Assembly: GCA_905178155.1 (NCBI GenBank)
Contig: CAJINV010000005.1
Coordinates: 6,041,754-6,105,753, forward strand
Reading direction: 5' to 3'
DNA: 64,000 bases
From: Amoebophrya sp. A120
Taxonomy: Eukaryota > Protista > Dinoflagellata
Both the position numbers and the translations under genes were made by a program. Positions 15,001-30,000 of this stretch are shown in pieces. The notes below the pieces were generated by a model. That model worked only from the letters and a program-made list of their open reading frames with translations. It had not been told where the DNA came from and searched no databases. Each line of letters begins with the position of its first letter. The stretch's first letter is position 1.

Positions 15001-18000
15001 GACAGCATTACAATACAAGTTGTCAGCTTCCAGACCCAGACATTTTTGCAATCCATAGGTGACATCGTAGAACAAATCATCCGTCAACATGTTCTTCAGC
15101 CGCTTCAAATATGACAGCGCACAACTCCCCCTCCCCCTCATTTGTCATGCAAAATGCCCGATCCACCCTTTGCCTCTTGGCACTGTCTGCGTGACAAGTT
15201 CTGGTAGCCCAAATAGCACTACAGGTCAGTCGTACAGCTTTGTCATGCAAAACCGGCACTCTTGCTGATGCTTGTATTGCCGTGCGTGCTATACTAATGA
15301 GGGGGAGGGGCGGGAGCTGTGCACTGTCATATCAAATCCTTCAATCTGTAAATCGGCACTGCGATCCGCTCCGGATACAGAACAAAGTCCGATGAAGTTG
15401 AAATCTCCAGCGCTGCCCGCGTTTGATTCAGTAGGGTGAATCCAGCACGCGAGGAGATTATTTGCGTGTTGTTCGCGGTGGAAAAGGTAGTCGCCGGTGG
15501 AGTGCTCCCAATCCGATCCGCTGCAGAAAATCCTCCCCCGCTGATATCAAGGGGAGCCTTCTTGTTCCCGGCCACAGCACCCAGTGCGGACGAGCCAGTC
15601 ATGTAGTCATCCGAGGACTTGGTAGCAGCGGTGCTTGCAGAAGCTGCCGTTGCCGAAGTCATAACAGAAGCTGCCTGTCTGGAGCCACTTGGACTGCCGG
15701 AGTTGGTTGCAGGAGCTGCAGCACGGGGAGACGTAGACGAGACAGGTCCCACTGTAGTTGCAGCCCCACCACCAGGATCCAGCTCTGCAGCAGGAGCCGA
15801 TGGCTCGTATTCCGTGACAATTTTCACTTCTGCCAACAAACTAACGCAGAAGAAAGCCAACGCTGGGTGGACGTTGACATTTATCCTGTTTGTGCGGAGA
15901 AACAGCGAAGGGCGTAGTAAACTTTCCACTTGCCCGAAGTAGAAACCGCCTGGGCCTCCCATTGACGCGTTTCTCGAAGCAGCTGCAACAGAAGTAGAAT
16001 TCGCTCCGAAAGAATGCGGAATGAAAACGGGTGATACATTCACCTTAAACGGCTCGACGACATACACTGGCTCCCCGCGGGTGACCGAAAACATGTCTAT
16101 CAAAACCGTGTATGGATGTGTCAGAGTTGAAATCGAAAAAGTTGAAATAACTTGTAATGCATGAAATCGATACCAGTTGGAAGCCCAATTTCTAAGCGGC
16201 GCATGAGAAATTTCAGTAGGGCCGAAATCCAGTTTGTCATGCTGTTTGGGTAAGGAAGACGCCTTTTGTCATGCTACTTTGGCAGCTCTATTTCTACCCC
16301 GAAACAGGCTCACAATCTGCCTCCCTTGCCTACTCCGCAAGACAGGCATTTTCTGCGTTGCATTTTATGCATGACAAACTATTTCAACTTTGACGATTTC
16401 AATCCTGACACTCCCATACCGTGCATCCCCCGTCTAGTGCGTTGATCGCTTCGACCAAGACCTTTTTCCGCTTCTTTCTGCTCCTTCTCTGCTGGTACGC
16501 TTGCTTCATCGCAGCTGTGCTGGGAGAACCTGGTGGAGAAGTTGACCCAGCATTTTGGCCGCGTCCGCGCGGCGAGGATCCAGCACGACCCGCACCTGGG
16601 TGACCTGCCAAATCCGGAATACTGGCTTGACTCTCGTTTTGATTTTTGCTTCCGGAGAAAAAGCTGCTGAAAAGCCCGAATTTTGAACCAGAGGCAGTTG
16701 CAGCTGGCTGTTTGGGGTAGTTGTACCCTGCACTGGAATCAAGAAAAGGCTGCGGACTGGAGGCACTGACAGCATTACTCCCTCCCGGCCCGCCTGGTGT
16801 GCTAAACATGCGAAAATCCCCCTGCTCCGCCGGCCCTCCGCTTGATGCCGTTGTGTGTTGCGCAATGACTCGCTCAGGGGAAGAGGCCGATCGTCCGGGA
16901 GGGGCTAGTAAAGATTTCCTCGTTCCTGTAGTTGAGTAAACTGGTTGAGCAGCAGCTCCTTGGATGAAGCTGTGCTGGTGAAAGCTCGTGCCACTAAGAT
17001 TCATTCCACCAGTCGTGCTCATCCCAGAATTCGACGCACTCGTTCCCTGACTCGCCTGCGTCGGCACGGGCGAAGCCACCGGGGCCGCCGGTGTGCCACG
17101 TGGGTTCGTCAAGAAGTTGCTGGCGGCAGTAGGGAGGAGGTTTTTGATAGAAAAAGCGGAATTACCGGAAGAAGACTTCCGGCGCTTCGACGCGGTAGTG
17201 CTGTCATTTTTTCCAGCCAATTGTCCCTGCGCGGCGCCGGCCTGATTTCCGCTTGAAGACTGCTGGTTGGTTGCGAATATTTGTTTATTCCTCGCCACTG
17301 CTAGAGCATAATTTCTCGCGTTGAACAGTTGATGCCCAACCACCCCTGGATCGTCTAACATAGCGCCATCGGGTCCATTGAATAAACTTGGACTCGCACT
17401 CGTCCCATAGCCACCATAATTTGCGTTCGTGGTAATTTCTGTCACAGTGATGCTGGTGATTTCCCGATTACTCCGATCTAACACGGGCGGGAAAAATCCG
17501 TGCAGAGCCGCTTGCTCGACCTTGAACTTCACCTGCTTCGTGTGGATGGACCCAGACTCCAACCCACCACCAATCTGCAACACGATCCCCTCGCCAAAAT
17601 CGATATCCAGCAACATTGGCCTTTGTTCCTTCAGTAGTTGCTGTGTCGTGGAAGAAGAGCTGTAGAACGGAGATTTCTTCTTGTTCCGAAAAGTTGTACT
17701 AGAGCTTGATGAACCGCCGCTGTTGAAAACAAGTCGGCTTTTGTTGAGCCCGAATTTTTCTTCTAACAAAAACTCCTCCTCTAAATCTCGGTCGTCGCCC
17801 AAAACCTTCACGCCGACTTTCTTCGCCAACCTTGTGGGAAAAAACATCGTCTCGTTTTTCTTCTGCACGGAGGTGTAGAAAGCCTGCTGTGGAACAATGT
17901 CCTCCTCACCGCTTTCCACCATGTCATCTAAGGAGAGCGAGGAACCCTCGCCGACTTGATGCTTTTTAAACCGTTTTTTCATCAGCATCTTCTTCTGAAT

Positions 18001-21000
18001 CGAAGAGGTAATCCGCGTCATACCCGTACGACCCTGCGTATGGGGCTCTCAAACGTTACATTCTCAAGTGTTACATGATTTGTCATGCAAAAACGCTATC
18101 ACTTTTCACAATTTCAAACCTTCTCCGCATGACAAGTTCTCGACACGCTAGATAGCATTGTAATCTGCTCCAAACCTGTAATGCAAAAGGAGCAAGCTTT
18201 TCCCTTTCACTTTTGCCATTCTTGCATTACAAATTTCATGTAACAGTTGAGAATGTAACAGTTGAGAGCTCCATACTGCGAAGTTGCAGGCTTTGCGTCA
18301 TGATCAGTTGGTCCTCGGCTCGCACCTTGAAAGAGGCCATCAGCAGTGCCACGACTTCTGGAGGCTTCTTCACCTGGAGTAGTGAGCCCGGCACCGTCCT
18401 CTACTACGTCATGGGGCGTGTGTCGTTTACTGTGTGAAGAGGCAGAGACTGGAAGTAGATGATAGCCGAAAGGTACACCGTCAATGACATCGTTAAGAAC
18501 CAAGCTTGGCGTTTGGTGGTCAGTACCAGAAAAAGGAAAAGCAGAATCCGCAATAAAATCCTCAGCTGCCACAATCTTTCCGGTTTGAATCGCTGCAAGC
18601 GTGGCGTGGCCGAAAGCGTAACTGCCAATGGTTGATCTCGGTACTACGGGCGCAGAGGACAAGACAGAGGCTCTTTCTGTTGCAGCGATAATTCCTCCTC
18701 TTCCGGACTGCCTGGTGACAATATTCCCACTAGAAGAGGTGGACGACGACACCAGGTCCAAACTCGCGCTGGCCTTGTTCACCAACTGCAGCCGTTTCAC
18801 TTCGACCCCCCTTTCGTTTCCAAAGGCGTACACCAACGGCGCGATTTTTCGCAGGAAGTCGAAGGTGACCGCGATTTCGATAAACCTCAAACTCAAAATC
18901 ATCTCTTTCTGGCTCCAATCTCCCTTCACCGTGTTTGCTTGAATATCGCAGATAGAAAGCACCACACTGTCGGCTGTTGTTTGCAACGATTCTATCCGTT
19001 GCCGGAGCTTCGCAGCTTTAGATAAAAACAGCGGCTCTTGCTGCTCTACAGCGTGATGAGCGCGGTGAAGATGAGCATGCTTCATTCGGTGGGCGGAAGC
19101 TTGGCTCCTCTGGGAATGCGTGGATACAGTGCGACCTGAAGCGCCCTCGGAATAAGCCCTGCTATTCTGCTGACTGCCATGCCTGCTCGTGGCCTTGTAG
19201 TTCATGCTGGATGATGTCGAATTCACAGAGGCGGTGTGATCAAAGTGAACCTTTTTCATCGTCTCATTTTCCTTGTCATCCAAAAACGTAACTCTGCGTG
19301 ATTTGTTGTTCGACGTGCTCCGTTTCATCTCCTGCAACGCCAGCATCTCTGGCGTGCTTGTGAGTCTGCCTTCTACCTCACCTCCAGAATTATCTTCGAA
19401 AGCTACTCCTTGAGGATGAAAATGCGGGTTCACGACAGAAAACGGCACGACACTCTGAATCTCCGAAGATGAAGGCGGGCTCGCTGGTGGTGCACTACCA
19501 GATGTGGAATTCCCTGCTCGGTACACACTGAAACAGTCGTGCAAATCCACGTAGAGTGCGTCCCGTCCAAAGCTGCAGATTTTTTTCAAATCCGCGGCCA
19601 AAAAAAAGCCGAGCTCGACACTTGCAGCTGCGCTACTTCCACCTGCCGCGCCAGAACGACCATTTGAGCCCGACGAGGACGGCTGACACAGCCAAAGCTC
19701 CACCGCCTCTAGAGCGATGGAAAGTTGCTTTTCCAAGGGCGGTAGTAATGGCGGAGTGATACTTGACGTAGCTGTACCTCTTCTTTTGTTCCCACCGGCT
19801 AATATCTTCTTGTTCTTCATTTTATCATCGAATAAAACAACGGGAAAAAAGAAGTCCTCCGGGTTTGCCAGCGTGCGCACGGTAGTCAACAAAACGTCTG
19901 GGTTTTCGGACAAAGCAGACGGCGAAGCCAAAACCCAAGCGGCGGTGTCTTCGCTCAACAAAACACTTTGCAGAAAGTCCGTTTCTACCTGCATCTGTTG
20001 GCTTATGATGCTCTGTATCAACTGCTGCTTGGTCAACTCCAATTTCGAAGCTGCTGTGCCATCTTTGTTTAAATTCCTGGCACCAGCACCCTTAGTACTT
20101 CCGAAGAGCGAACCGAGTCTCGTCGTGGCTGACCGCGCTTTCGCACTCCCCAAAAATGGCGTCAAGGAGGCCCAGTTCGGCGTAGCGTGGGTCGAGCTAG
20201 AGCCCATGTCAGAGGCTAGCTCAAAATTCGAGTCGGCGGCTTGCTTTCCGGATAGCAAATTTGGTTGCCGATTTGCCGCACTGGTTCTCGTCGTGCCACC
20301 TCCGGGGAGAATTGTAGACACGCTGGATAGGGAGCCTTGATTCAATCGCGCGTCGCCTTGTTGGTTTTGTTTTGCCCTTCCAAAAATCCGAGCAAAGAAA
20401 CCGCCGAAAAAACCATGCTGTTTCGGATTTTTCTGTCGCTCCTCGTCCACAGCAAAACCTCGTGAATCAGCGATCGTTTCCTGTGTAGAAGAGCTTCGGA
20501 AATCGTAGATCTGACGACTAACATTCTGCTGCTGCTGCTGCAAATCACTCGGACTGAAGTACAGCGGTGCGGGTTCGGATTCCGCGGCAGTGGTCAGCGC
20601 AGGTGTGAAGGAAGGATTATTGTAGTAATTGCCACCCCCCGAACGGCCAGTTGCGCCTCCCGGTGCAGCTGGAACCTCGAGGTAATCTATGGTGCCTGAT
20701 GTGATAGTAGCTCCATGCGCCGGAGGTAGTCCACCGCTAGCTGCACCACCACCAGCTCCACCAAGTAACGAAGGCGTAGTACCAGTTGAAGCAGGGCTAC
20801 TGCTCTCCTGCTCGTGCAACCACGGTTGATCGAGCAGGCTTGCGAAGGGCTTGAAATTCGGCTGCTGAGACGTGTTGGAACCGGCAGGCGTGGCGACGTA
20901 ATTATTGCCACCTGTAGCTCCGGTCCCAGAAAAAACCGCCCGCTTCGCGCTCGCACTTGGTTCGGCTTGTGCTGCGGAACCTCCTCCTGCTGCAAATGAT

Positions 21001-24000
21001 CCGAATGCAGCTTGCTGACCCTGGTTTTGAGCCGCTGCTGACGCTGGAAGGAGGTCTGACTTGGCGCTACTCGTTCCAAAACCTGGCGTAGCTTGCTCTG
21101 TCGCAGAACTTTGTGTCCCGCCCACGTGGTCCTCGCGCTCACCGTAGTGCCCTCGAGGTGAAGTAGATCTCTCCCTCGCCGTTCGCAGAAAGCACTCCCT
21201 CGGTGGCAAAAACGTCAATCGCGTCAATAACTCGTCCAATTCCTCAAATTGTGCCCACGTGGTGGATATCAAATGCAAAAATGTCTGGGTCTAAAGATGC
21301 AAGGTTTGTCATGCTCTGCTAGCATGATTCTCAGGTTTGTCATGCAGATCACCCAAAAGCGCCATTTTTCTGTCGTGCAGAAGCCCAGTTTGTCATGCAG
21401 AATAGCCAACACGACCGCAGCATCTCCAAAACCTGTCATGCTTGGTAGCCAATTGAGGCGTGCTCCTCTTTGTCCAACCACCATCACAAGTTCTTTCCAG
21501 ACCCAGACACATTTGCAATGCATAGTGGAGACAAACATCGCCGTTTTCTCTTCCGGCTCGTAGACCGGATGCAGGTGCTGTTTGGCGGTTTTTTCATCCT
21601 CCTCAAGTCGCTGATCACTCTCAAGTAAACTTCTGCCGTCCAATCCGCCCCCACTCCGTCTTGCCCTCTGCAGGGCCTTTACCGCCAACACTTTCGCTTC
21701 GTTTGTCGGCGACCTCCGCAACGGGCTCGCTCTGCGCAGTGGGTCCCGCGAAAATTCGTTCGCGAAGAGGTCATTTGCGCCCAGCTGGTCAGCTGCACGC
21801 TCCTTGTTTCCTTCAGCCGTCTTTCTCGCTCTTTGCTCTGGACTCCGAGTTCTGCGATGGTGCCCTCTATCGCTCTTCACCATACGTCTATTTCTGTCCC
21901 GTTTCGACTGCGCAGAAAATTCAAATTCTTCCTCCTCTTCGATCTCAGTAAAGCTGTATGGAACCTGCCTCAAGTCCAACTGAAAAATCACGTTTTCAGA
22001 GCCGAAAAAGGAAATCTGCACGGATTCCTTCTGTTTTTGATAATTCTCTACTCCGTCTTGCAACAAGCCCATGTTGTCTTTCGACCCGGTCCGCGGGTCC
22101 AAGTCCTTCACCATCGGGGAGAGGAATTTCAGCCCGGGCGTCACAGTGGAAATTCTCTTCAGCTTGTTCCAAAACCTTTCGCCAGCATGTTTCGCCAGAA
22201 TTTTAAACCGCTGCCTCTTGGATCGCTCTGCAGCAGCAGAGGCCCCCGTCGACGCAGAATTCAGAGAACCTCGGGTATCTTGCGTCTGTACAGCTGCCGT
22301 TCCTGATAGGTGCTGCTGATCTTGATTCATCCCAACGACCTCCGTGCCGCCCAATAACTGGTCTAGAAAGAAATCACTACCGGCGTTTTTGCTTCCCGAT
22401 TTGCTCATAGTGAGTTGATCTCTCGTACTAGCCGCAGGTGGCGCTGTCGCCGGCACAAAAATCGGCTTGTTCGAAGGGGGGCGCGGAAAACATGTTGGAA
22501 TCACCAGCACGTCGCCTGTAGTTGAAGTAGTGGCATCTTTTGTTTTGGAGGCATTTGTGTTTCCCGCTGGTGCGGTTTTACCGTCGTTATTTAGTACGTC
22601 ATCGCTTGCTCCACCACCTCCACCCACAGACTCATCTGTGATATCCACAGGAAATTTCCCGTGCACGTGCAAATGCCAATGCGGTTTCTGCATGACAAAA
22701 CTTTCGTTCATTTCTATTCAGCATGACAAGTGGCACGCTGTAAGTTGATAAAATTTGTGATGCATTTTGTACATGTACAGGAAATTTGTATTGCATATGT
22801 GAGTTTGGGATGCACGACCATGCCGAGCCGCCGGTACATCACCCGTTCTATTGGCGCGCCATCGAACAGCTGCTCGATATCGTCTAAGGAGTAACTCTTT
22901 GTGCTGGTTTTCCGTACGTGTTTCTCGATCACTTCCCGCTTTTCCTTGCTGAAACTCACAATCTCGCTGGTGGCGAACAGTAGACTTGGGTCTAAATCCC
23001 CCGCCGTGCACCAAACAGAGTGGTCTTTTTTCAGCACAAAAACCGTACATAACTGCCAGGAATCATCCACTACCTGCTGATCCGCGAAGAGATAGCTCTG
23101 CTGCTGCGCCAACAGCGTTTCCGGGTCCACGCGGCGCCACAGTGTGCCTTTCCACAGCAAGTCACTGTCGCGGAAGGTTTTCGTCGATCCGCCACTCCCA
23201 CCAGCGCCAGCTTCCGCTGCGTCCCCACTGTAGTCTGTAATTGCGAGCGGTTGCTGATGGTCGTCCACGTTTGCAGCATGTGTTTGACTCTCGCTGTCAT
23301 CGAAAGAAACAATCTGCAGCGATTTCTGCCACCCGGACACCGCTTGGCCAACCACCTGCAGGTTCGCGAGGAGCATATTTGACAAGCGGATTTGCAGCGG
23401 GGAAATTTTTATCTTCACATCATCGCTGCCGATGCCGTTGCCGCCTGGAAGCTGCCCGGTGTCGTAGGTTCTGGAAAACTTTCTCAGGGCGACGATGCTT
23501 GTTTCGGGTTTGTCGTCTTGCGAAGATGATGTTGTTGTATCAGGCACCACTGAAGAAGTAGTAGAAAACCCAGCCAGCTTTTCCAGCACTGAATCTTTCA
23601 CGAAAGGAAGCCTAACATTGCTATCCGCGAAACTTGCCCGGCTGTTGTAGGTGCCGACATTCCCTGCCGCTATGTTAGAAACTTCAGTTCCTACGAAAAT
23701 GTCGGCGAGGGTAAGGTTCAAATACTTCGTCTCCATCTCTTTAGACCTTATCATTGAGGGGAGCAGGTAGATGGAAGTTAGGTCTTGGTGAGAAGCACTA
23801 CCGGTCTCCGCTCGGGCCCCTTGACCTTGTCTCACAGGTCTTGTAGATGGATCCGAGTACTGGGGTGTCGGATAGGAGGTGGGATTAAAGCTTTTGTAGT
23901 TGCCGCCAGTCGTAGTTCCACCTCCCGATGAAAAGGTGTGCGGATAGTACAACTGTTGGCCGCCCGTTGTGCCGCCCGTGTTGGTTCGCGACAGTGATCC

Positions 24001-27000
24001 CAGATGCGCAGACGCCGCAGTTGGCGTGGCAGGGTAGAAGTGCTGGCTAGTCGTCAATGGGCTCGTCATCGGACCGGCGGCAGCCTTTGGTGTCGGACCA
24101 CCTCGGTAAGTAGATCCGGCAAAATTCTGCTGCTGCTGCTGCAATGGTGCCACCATCGGGGAAATAAACGTTCTCGCGTGATGCAAAATCGCAAGATCGG
24201 GCGGCAGAAAATCCAGTTGCTTCGTTTGCGAAAACCTAACATCGAAAATCTTATGTACTGCAAAGGTATTGTACTAGTAGAAATCGCATTACAAATTCGG
24301 TCAGCATGACAGATGAAATTTGTCATGCTGTTTTACCTTAGTATGGAGATTTGTAATGCCTGACTGTGATTACTACGAGTACGATACTTTTGCACAGGAT
24401 AAATCTGCACGGAAAGCAACCCCGCAGAACCCGCGCGGAATACCTCTTGTGCAGCCACTAATCCCTCCGCTTTGGCCTGTTGGACGAGAGCAGCACGCCT
24501 GTTCCGTTTGTTTCTTCGACGGCGCCGGCTGGGTGATAGCAGATTATTCGGAAGATCAGTGACGGCTGAACTCGTTTGCGGTGGGCCGAGGGAAAACATG
24601 AGGCAGGGTGTGTGGAACTGAGTGTGATCGAGCGATTGTTGGTGGGCAGGTACAACTAGTCGAGCTGCAGTTTGAAGCTGCGCCGTTGTAGCACCGACGA
24701 ATCCTGCTCCGGGCGAGCCTGGGATCTGCAACGCCGGAACCGCACCTCCCATCGGACTGGTTTTTTTCACGACCCCTCCCCCACTCCTGTGCATCGGTCC
24801 AACTTCAATGTCTTCGTCCGGAATCTTCGGTGTCGGCGCATTCACAACAGAATTCCGGAAAAACGTCGCGCTACTGCTCGAACTGGAAATCTCATCGAAG
24901 ACGGCAGTGTTGCTTGACGTGCTAGACAGGATGACACCGGGAGCAGTAGCTCCTGGCGCAAAGGGCCTACTGCTTTGTGCACCGAAAGTATTTCCCGCAG
25001 GCCCGTCGACATGGAGGTCCGCGTCCGGCTGAGTCGGCGGGTGAGGGTGACTTACTACTTGTTGTGGTTCGTCGTTTCCACGACCATTCGATCTCAAACC
25101 ACCGCCCCCGCTCGTCTGTTCTTCAACTACTGGGGCACCAGCGGGACCATCTATCGGCTTAAACACCGATGCCAGTGTGTCACAGTCCGGCAAAATGTAT
25201 CAAATGCAAAAATGTCTGGGTCTGGAAGAGTCGGGGTTTGTCATGCACACTTTGCATGACCCGTGAGGTCTGTGATGCAGGTCCTAGCATTACAGAGTTT
25301 TCAGGAGCCTCTTGATGTTTACCACGCATGAGAAATGCCCTCTTCGCGTGCCAAGAACTGGAGTCCTCTTGCTGCCCATGCAACGCAGATATTTTTAGAA
25401 TCCGCAAACAGCATTACAAGTTCCACTCTTCCAGACATCCAGGGATATTTGCAATGCATAAAATGGAAAACCGCAGCCGCAAACTCTGTTTTCCGAGGAA
25501 ATGCTTCGCGCGCAGCATCAGTTTGTGCTCAGAGGATTTTTCCGAGTTCGACGAGCGTCTATTGGTGCCGCTGTGAAGATGTATCTGATTCAAAAGCGCC
25601 AACGCACTACCAGGCGGCGGTATCACTAAGACCAGCAGCGGTAATATGGGTGTGTCAGGAAGAAAACGACACAGTTGAAATAATCTGTGATGCATGAAAT
25701 GTAAGGCACTGAGTGACTGTCTTGCAGGGATTGCAAGCGAGGCCACTTGTGAGCCTGTTTCGGGTTTGGGATAGAGCTGCTAAAGTAGCATGACAAAGGA
25801 TGTCTTCTACTTTGGCTAAACAGCATGACAAACTGGATTTCGATGACGTCAAAATTTGTCATGCGCCGCTTGAAAATTGGGCTTCCAACTGGTATCGGTT
25901 TTATGCATCACAAATTTTTCAACTTTGTCAATTTCAATCCTGACAGTTCCATAGGTAAATCCAGAGAGAACTTCTTCGTTTTGTTCACCAGTAGTAGAGG
26001 AGGCACTGAAGGTTGGGCTCCACCGGAAGCAGGGGGAGGAGAGGAAGTTGAAGCTCCTCCTGTTGTTGATCCGGTTCCAATACTACCACCCGCAACCCCA
26101 GGAGCATCTTTCAACACATTGAAGTGCGTGACAATCTCGGCCGCAGCTTTCATAGTCCCGTTCAGGAAATGGCTGCTGAGCGCGACAACGCTGGACTCCA
26201 AATAGACCGCAGTCACGTTTTCCTCATGTTGTGGAATCTCCGAAACAGCCCCCGTGCCCGTCGCACGACCGGAAACATCTGATGCAGCTAAAACTTCTGC
26301 ACGACCTTCCCGCTTGTGTAAATGGATCGTCAGCTGGTGCGGTGCTTTTTCGCCCAATCTCGGAAGGAGATTTTGCGGAATTTCGTTCTGGATAATCTCC
26401 GACGGGCGGAAGAAATCTTGATCTCCATCTTGCGGGGCAGCTGGGAGGTCCCCGCTCGGATCTTCAACCGCAACACTGTATAATCTCATGCCCAAATTCT
26501 CAAACGCGCTCCGAGTCGGCGTCATGAATCTCACTGTGTGCGTTGCCTCCTCTGTCATGCACAACTGCCAAGAGGAATCGAAGTTATCACCAAGAAGATC
26601 TTCCCGATTAACATTTTGTTCGGAGTCAGAAGCTCCTGCACTAGTACTCCGATTTGTTAGAGGATCTTGGGGTGGAAGAACCGGGCGAAGTAAGGTCTCG
26701 AGATCGTCGTGATCCTCGCCAGCATCTTCTTCTGGTAAGAGGTCTGGCACCTCCCCCTCTTCCGCGAGAATGTTCATTCTGGTATTCTGCGAATGAAAGA
26801 ACGGCGCTTTTTTGGAGAATGACGTTCCGATCTCGCTTGACAGCGTGGAAGCTTCTGTCACGTTTGTCAATCGAGAGGGCCCTCCTGCCGGGGCAAAAGC
26901 ACTATATCCCGCAGAGCCTTCCATGCGGCGATGAACCGGGTGAAGATGCTTGTTGTACGTTCCAGGCCCCTGCTCTTCCGGAACAGCTACGCGCTTGGCG

Positions 27001-30000
27001 CACGACAAGTGCAGGTAGCGAATCAACGACGACCCGCTGCTCGACGTTGCCCCTCCCGAAGCGCTTGCTCCATCGAAGAATAAAGCCTCGGGCTCTGAAG
27101 ACCGTGAATCGAATCTCGCTGTTGTGTGTATGTCTGCCCACTCCAAGCTGTAGGAAGAGGAACCAGGGATATCGTCTTCCTCTTCTGCAGCTGTTGTACC
27201 ACTATTTCGAACTGCTTTGACCCGAAAGACCGAGGGCACAGTTGCACTGGTTCCGAGGCTGCTCTCCTCAGTAGTTGAAGAAGTCGTAGCATATGAACTG
27301 CAAAACCAAAAGTATCGTATAATTCGTATAGATGCATTACAAATTTCCTCAGCATGAGAAATAAAATTTGTAGTGCGAAATTACCTTAGAAAAAGACTTG
27401 TAATGCATGATTGCAATACGAGTACGATACTTTTGCACAGGATATAGCAGGATCTGTTGCGATGTCCATTAACCCGACCTCTAACGCGGAAAGAGGGTCT
27501 GATCCAACCATATTCGCGTAGTTCCGCCGCACGGTCAGCCACGTATTCCTTGTGCCTGCGACTCTCAAAGCGTAGTGCTCGGATGAATGATCTTCACTGT
27601 CATCTGCATTATCAGCTCCTGAGTGGTCGTTTTTGATTGTAGTTGACACAGCACGTAGCTCGAACCACAACGGGGCTGCTTGTTTAGTACTTCCGGTTCT
27701 TGCGCCGCCAGTACCAAAAACCGCGCCTTTTTCGTCGTCCTGACCGTCGTTCAGCCTACCGTCTACTCCTTGCTGCGCTCCGGCTGGAACCACCCTCGGC
27801 GTCGCAAAGTTCAACTGCTTCGGCGAAAGCTGCGCAAGATCAGCTGAAGTGGTGGATAGCGTTGAGAGAAAGGGGCGGACACCAGAGGCTGTTGTACTTC
27901 TGCTGAGACTGGTTTTCGGCTTAATGGTTTCGCGACCGTCTGGTGCACCATCAGCTGCAAGATCTTCCAGCATCTGAGCGGAGATGAAAAAGCTCGAAGC
28001 TACTCCTGCATTGGCTGTGTCTCCAAACTGTATGCCAAGCACCATTCCGTCCAAAACATCGTGCGTCTTCCGCCAGAGAACCGGAATCATGTTGATGGCT
28101 GCCGGAAGACGAGGGGTGGCTGCTGTAGATTTAGCACTCACTTCTTTCGCTTTTCTCTTTATGTTCGGCGCAATCTTGTCAACCGAACCACCGCCTCGTG
28201 GCAAGTGCCAACAGGAGATGTCATCCACCGTGATACACTTCGACGACAACCCTGTCACAACTCCACCGCTAATATCCACATAATTCGAGAACTGTAACTC
28301 CCGGACGACAAAGCTGCAGATACATTGGTGCTTTAACTTCCGCCAGAGAGCGAGCTCAAAGCCCTCGACGCTGACGTTTTTCTCGACTGTGTGCACGTGA
28401 AAGTTGCGCATGGAGAAAAGGGTGAGGAGAGCCGCGTCGGAAAGCTGGAGATTTGGTGGAGGGGTGTAGAAGTAGGCGGTGGAGGAGCAGCCGTTGCTGA
28501 GGTTTATTTTCAGCCGCTTGCTTTTTTTTGATCTTTTCCTACCGCTTTCGCCTGGCGGCGGAGCAGCATTTGTCGTCGCAGCCTCGTTCTGCAACCTGAG
28601 CGAACGAAACAGGGTGGAGTGCTTTCCTCCGTCCGGGCTCAAAATAAGGATTATCTCTGGCACGTCCAGAGTCAAGTTCCACGGACGGTGGGGGGCAGGT
28701 GGTGGAGAAGGCTTGGCTTCGTGCTCTGGACGATTTATTTCTCCAGCAGCTGCATCTACTGGGTACTGGACAGGTGGACCACGCAACTCATGCGGATGCT
28801 GCATGCTGTGAAGTAGATCATCGTATCTTTCATTCCCCCGAATCGCCGCACCTCGCGGGCTGAGTTGGTCCCTCGGACTCAAAAACGCGTGGTCCTCGCT
28901 GGCGTCGCGGTACTCCGCGTCTTCGTTTAGGATCGGCATATGTTGGGTCGTCCCACCTCCCGCGCCAAAATCGTGAAGATGGTGCAGACTTGATGCAAAC
29001 GGCAGCGCAACATCCTGCTTCTCCGGCGGCGATTCGTCGAACAGATTGGGCTCGTTGATGAAATGTTCGTGCGAAGATGAACTACCGCCGGGACGGAGGT
29101 GGTGGTCTGAAAATGATCCAGGCGACAGCTTTGTTGACGCACCATTTTTGCTGTTCTCCTCCTCCTTCGCCGAGGCAATCAAGTCCTGGTACTTTGTGAC
29201 TGCCCTGGCGACTCTAATCAAGAAGCTTTGGTGCGGGGCTATCTGCAAGGCGCCGATCTCTAGCTGCGCGATGGAGGCCTCTCCTAGTACTGGTGTGGTG
29301 TCTCCTGGAAGCTGTTGACCAAATTCGCTCGTCGGTACTAGCTTCTTCGCTGCGGGCACGATGGTTGTTTTTAAAAAGTATTGCCTGTGCGACTCCTCTA
29401 CAAATTCTCCATTCTCTAGCCCCTTCTGTTCGTGGATCGTTCGCAACAGATTCCGGGAGACAATTGGCACCTGGATCCTTGGAGCCTGCTTCGCAGAGTT
29501 AGTGCTAGAGCTGCTTGATTCACTGTAGTTGCCCTCGTGAGAAGTGCTGCCCTTCGCTTGTTCCCCCGAACCAGGACCAGCTTCGGCTTGTGCGTCATAA
29601 TCCAGCAAGAACAAATCCCCAAGTTCCACCCGGTAAATTTTCCTCGCCGCCTTCCTATTCGTCAAGTTTTCTGCGAAAATTTGCGTTTTCGTCTTCAGAA
29701 ATTTGCTCAAAGCCGCATCTTGCGTAAAAAAACCCTCCGCTTGCTGCGACGGGTCGTCAACAGCTAAGGGTAAAACCCGTTGGAGCCTCAATTCCAAGTT
29801 CTGCAAGTTGACTGCACAGTATCCCACGAAAAAACTGTTTCACTGTGATAATTTTGCAAGATCCGCATCACAAGTTTGTATACACATGACAAAGAAAACT
29901 TGGCATGCGTGTTTCCTAAGGGAAAACACAGCTAAAAATCCAATGTCTTGCATGTGTAGCAAGACAAACACATTTGCGTTCCGTTCTATGCATCACAAGT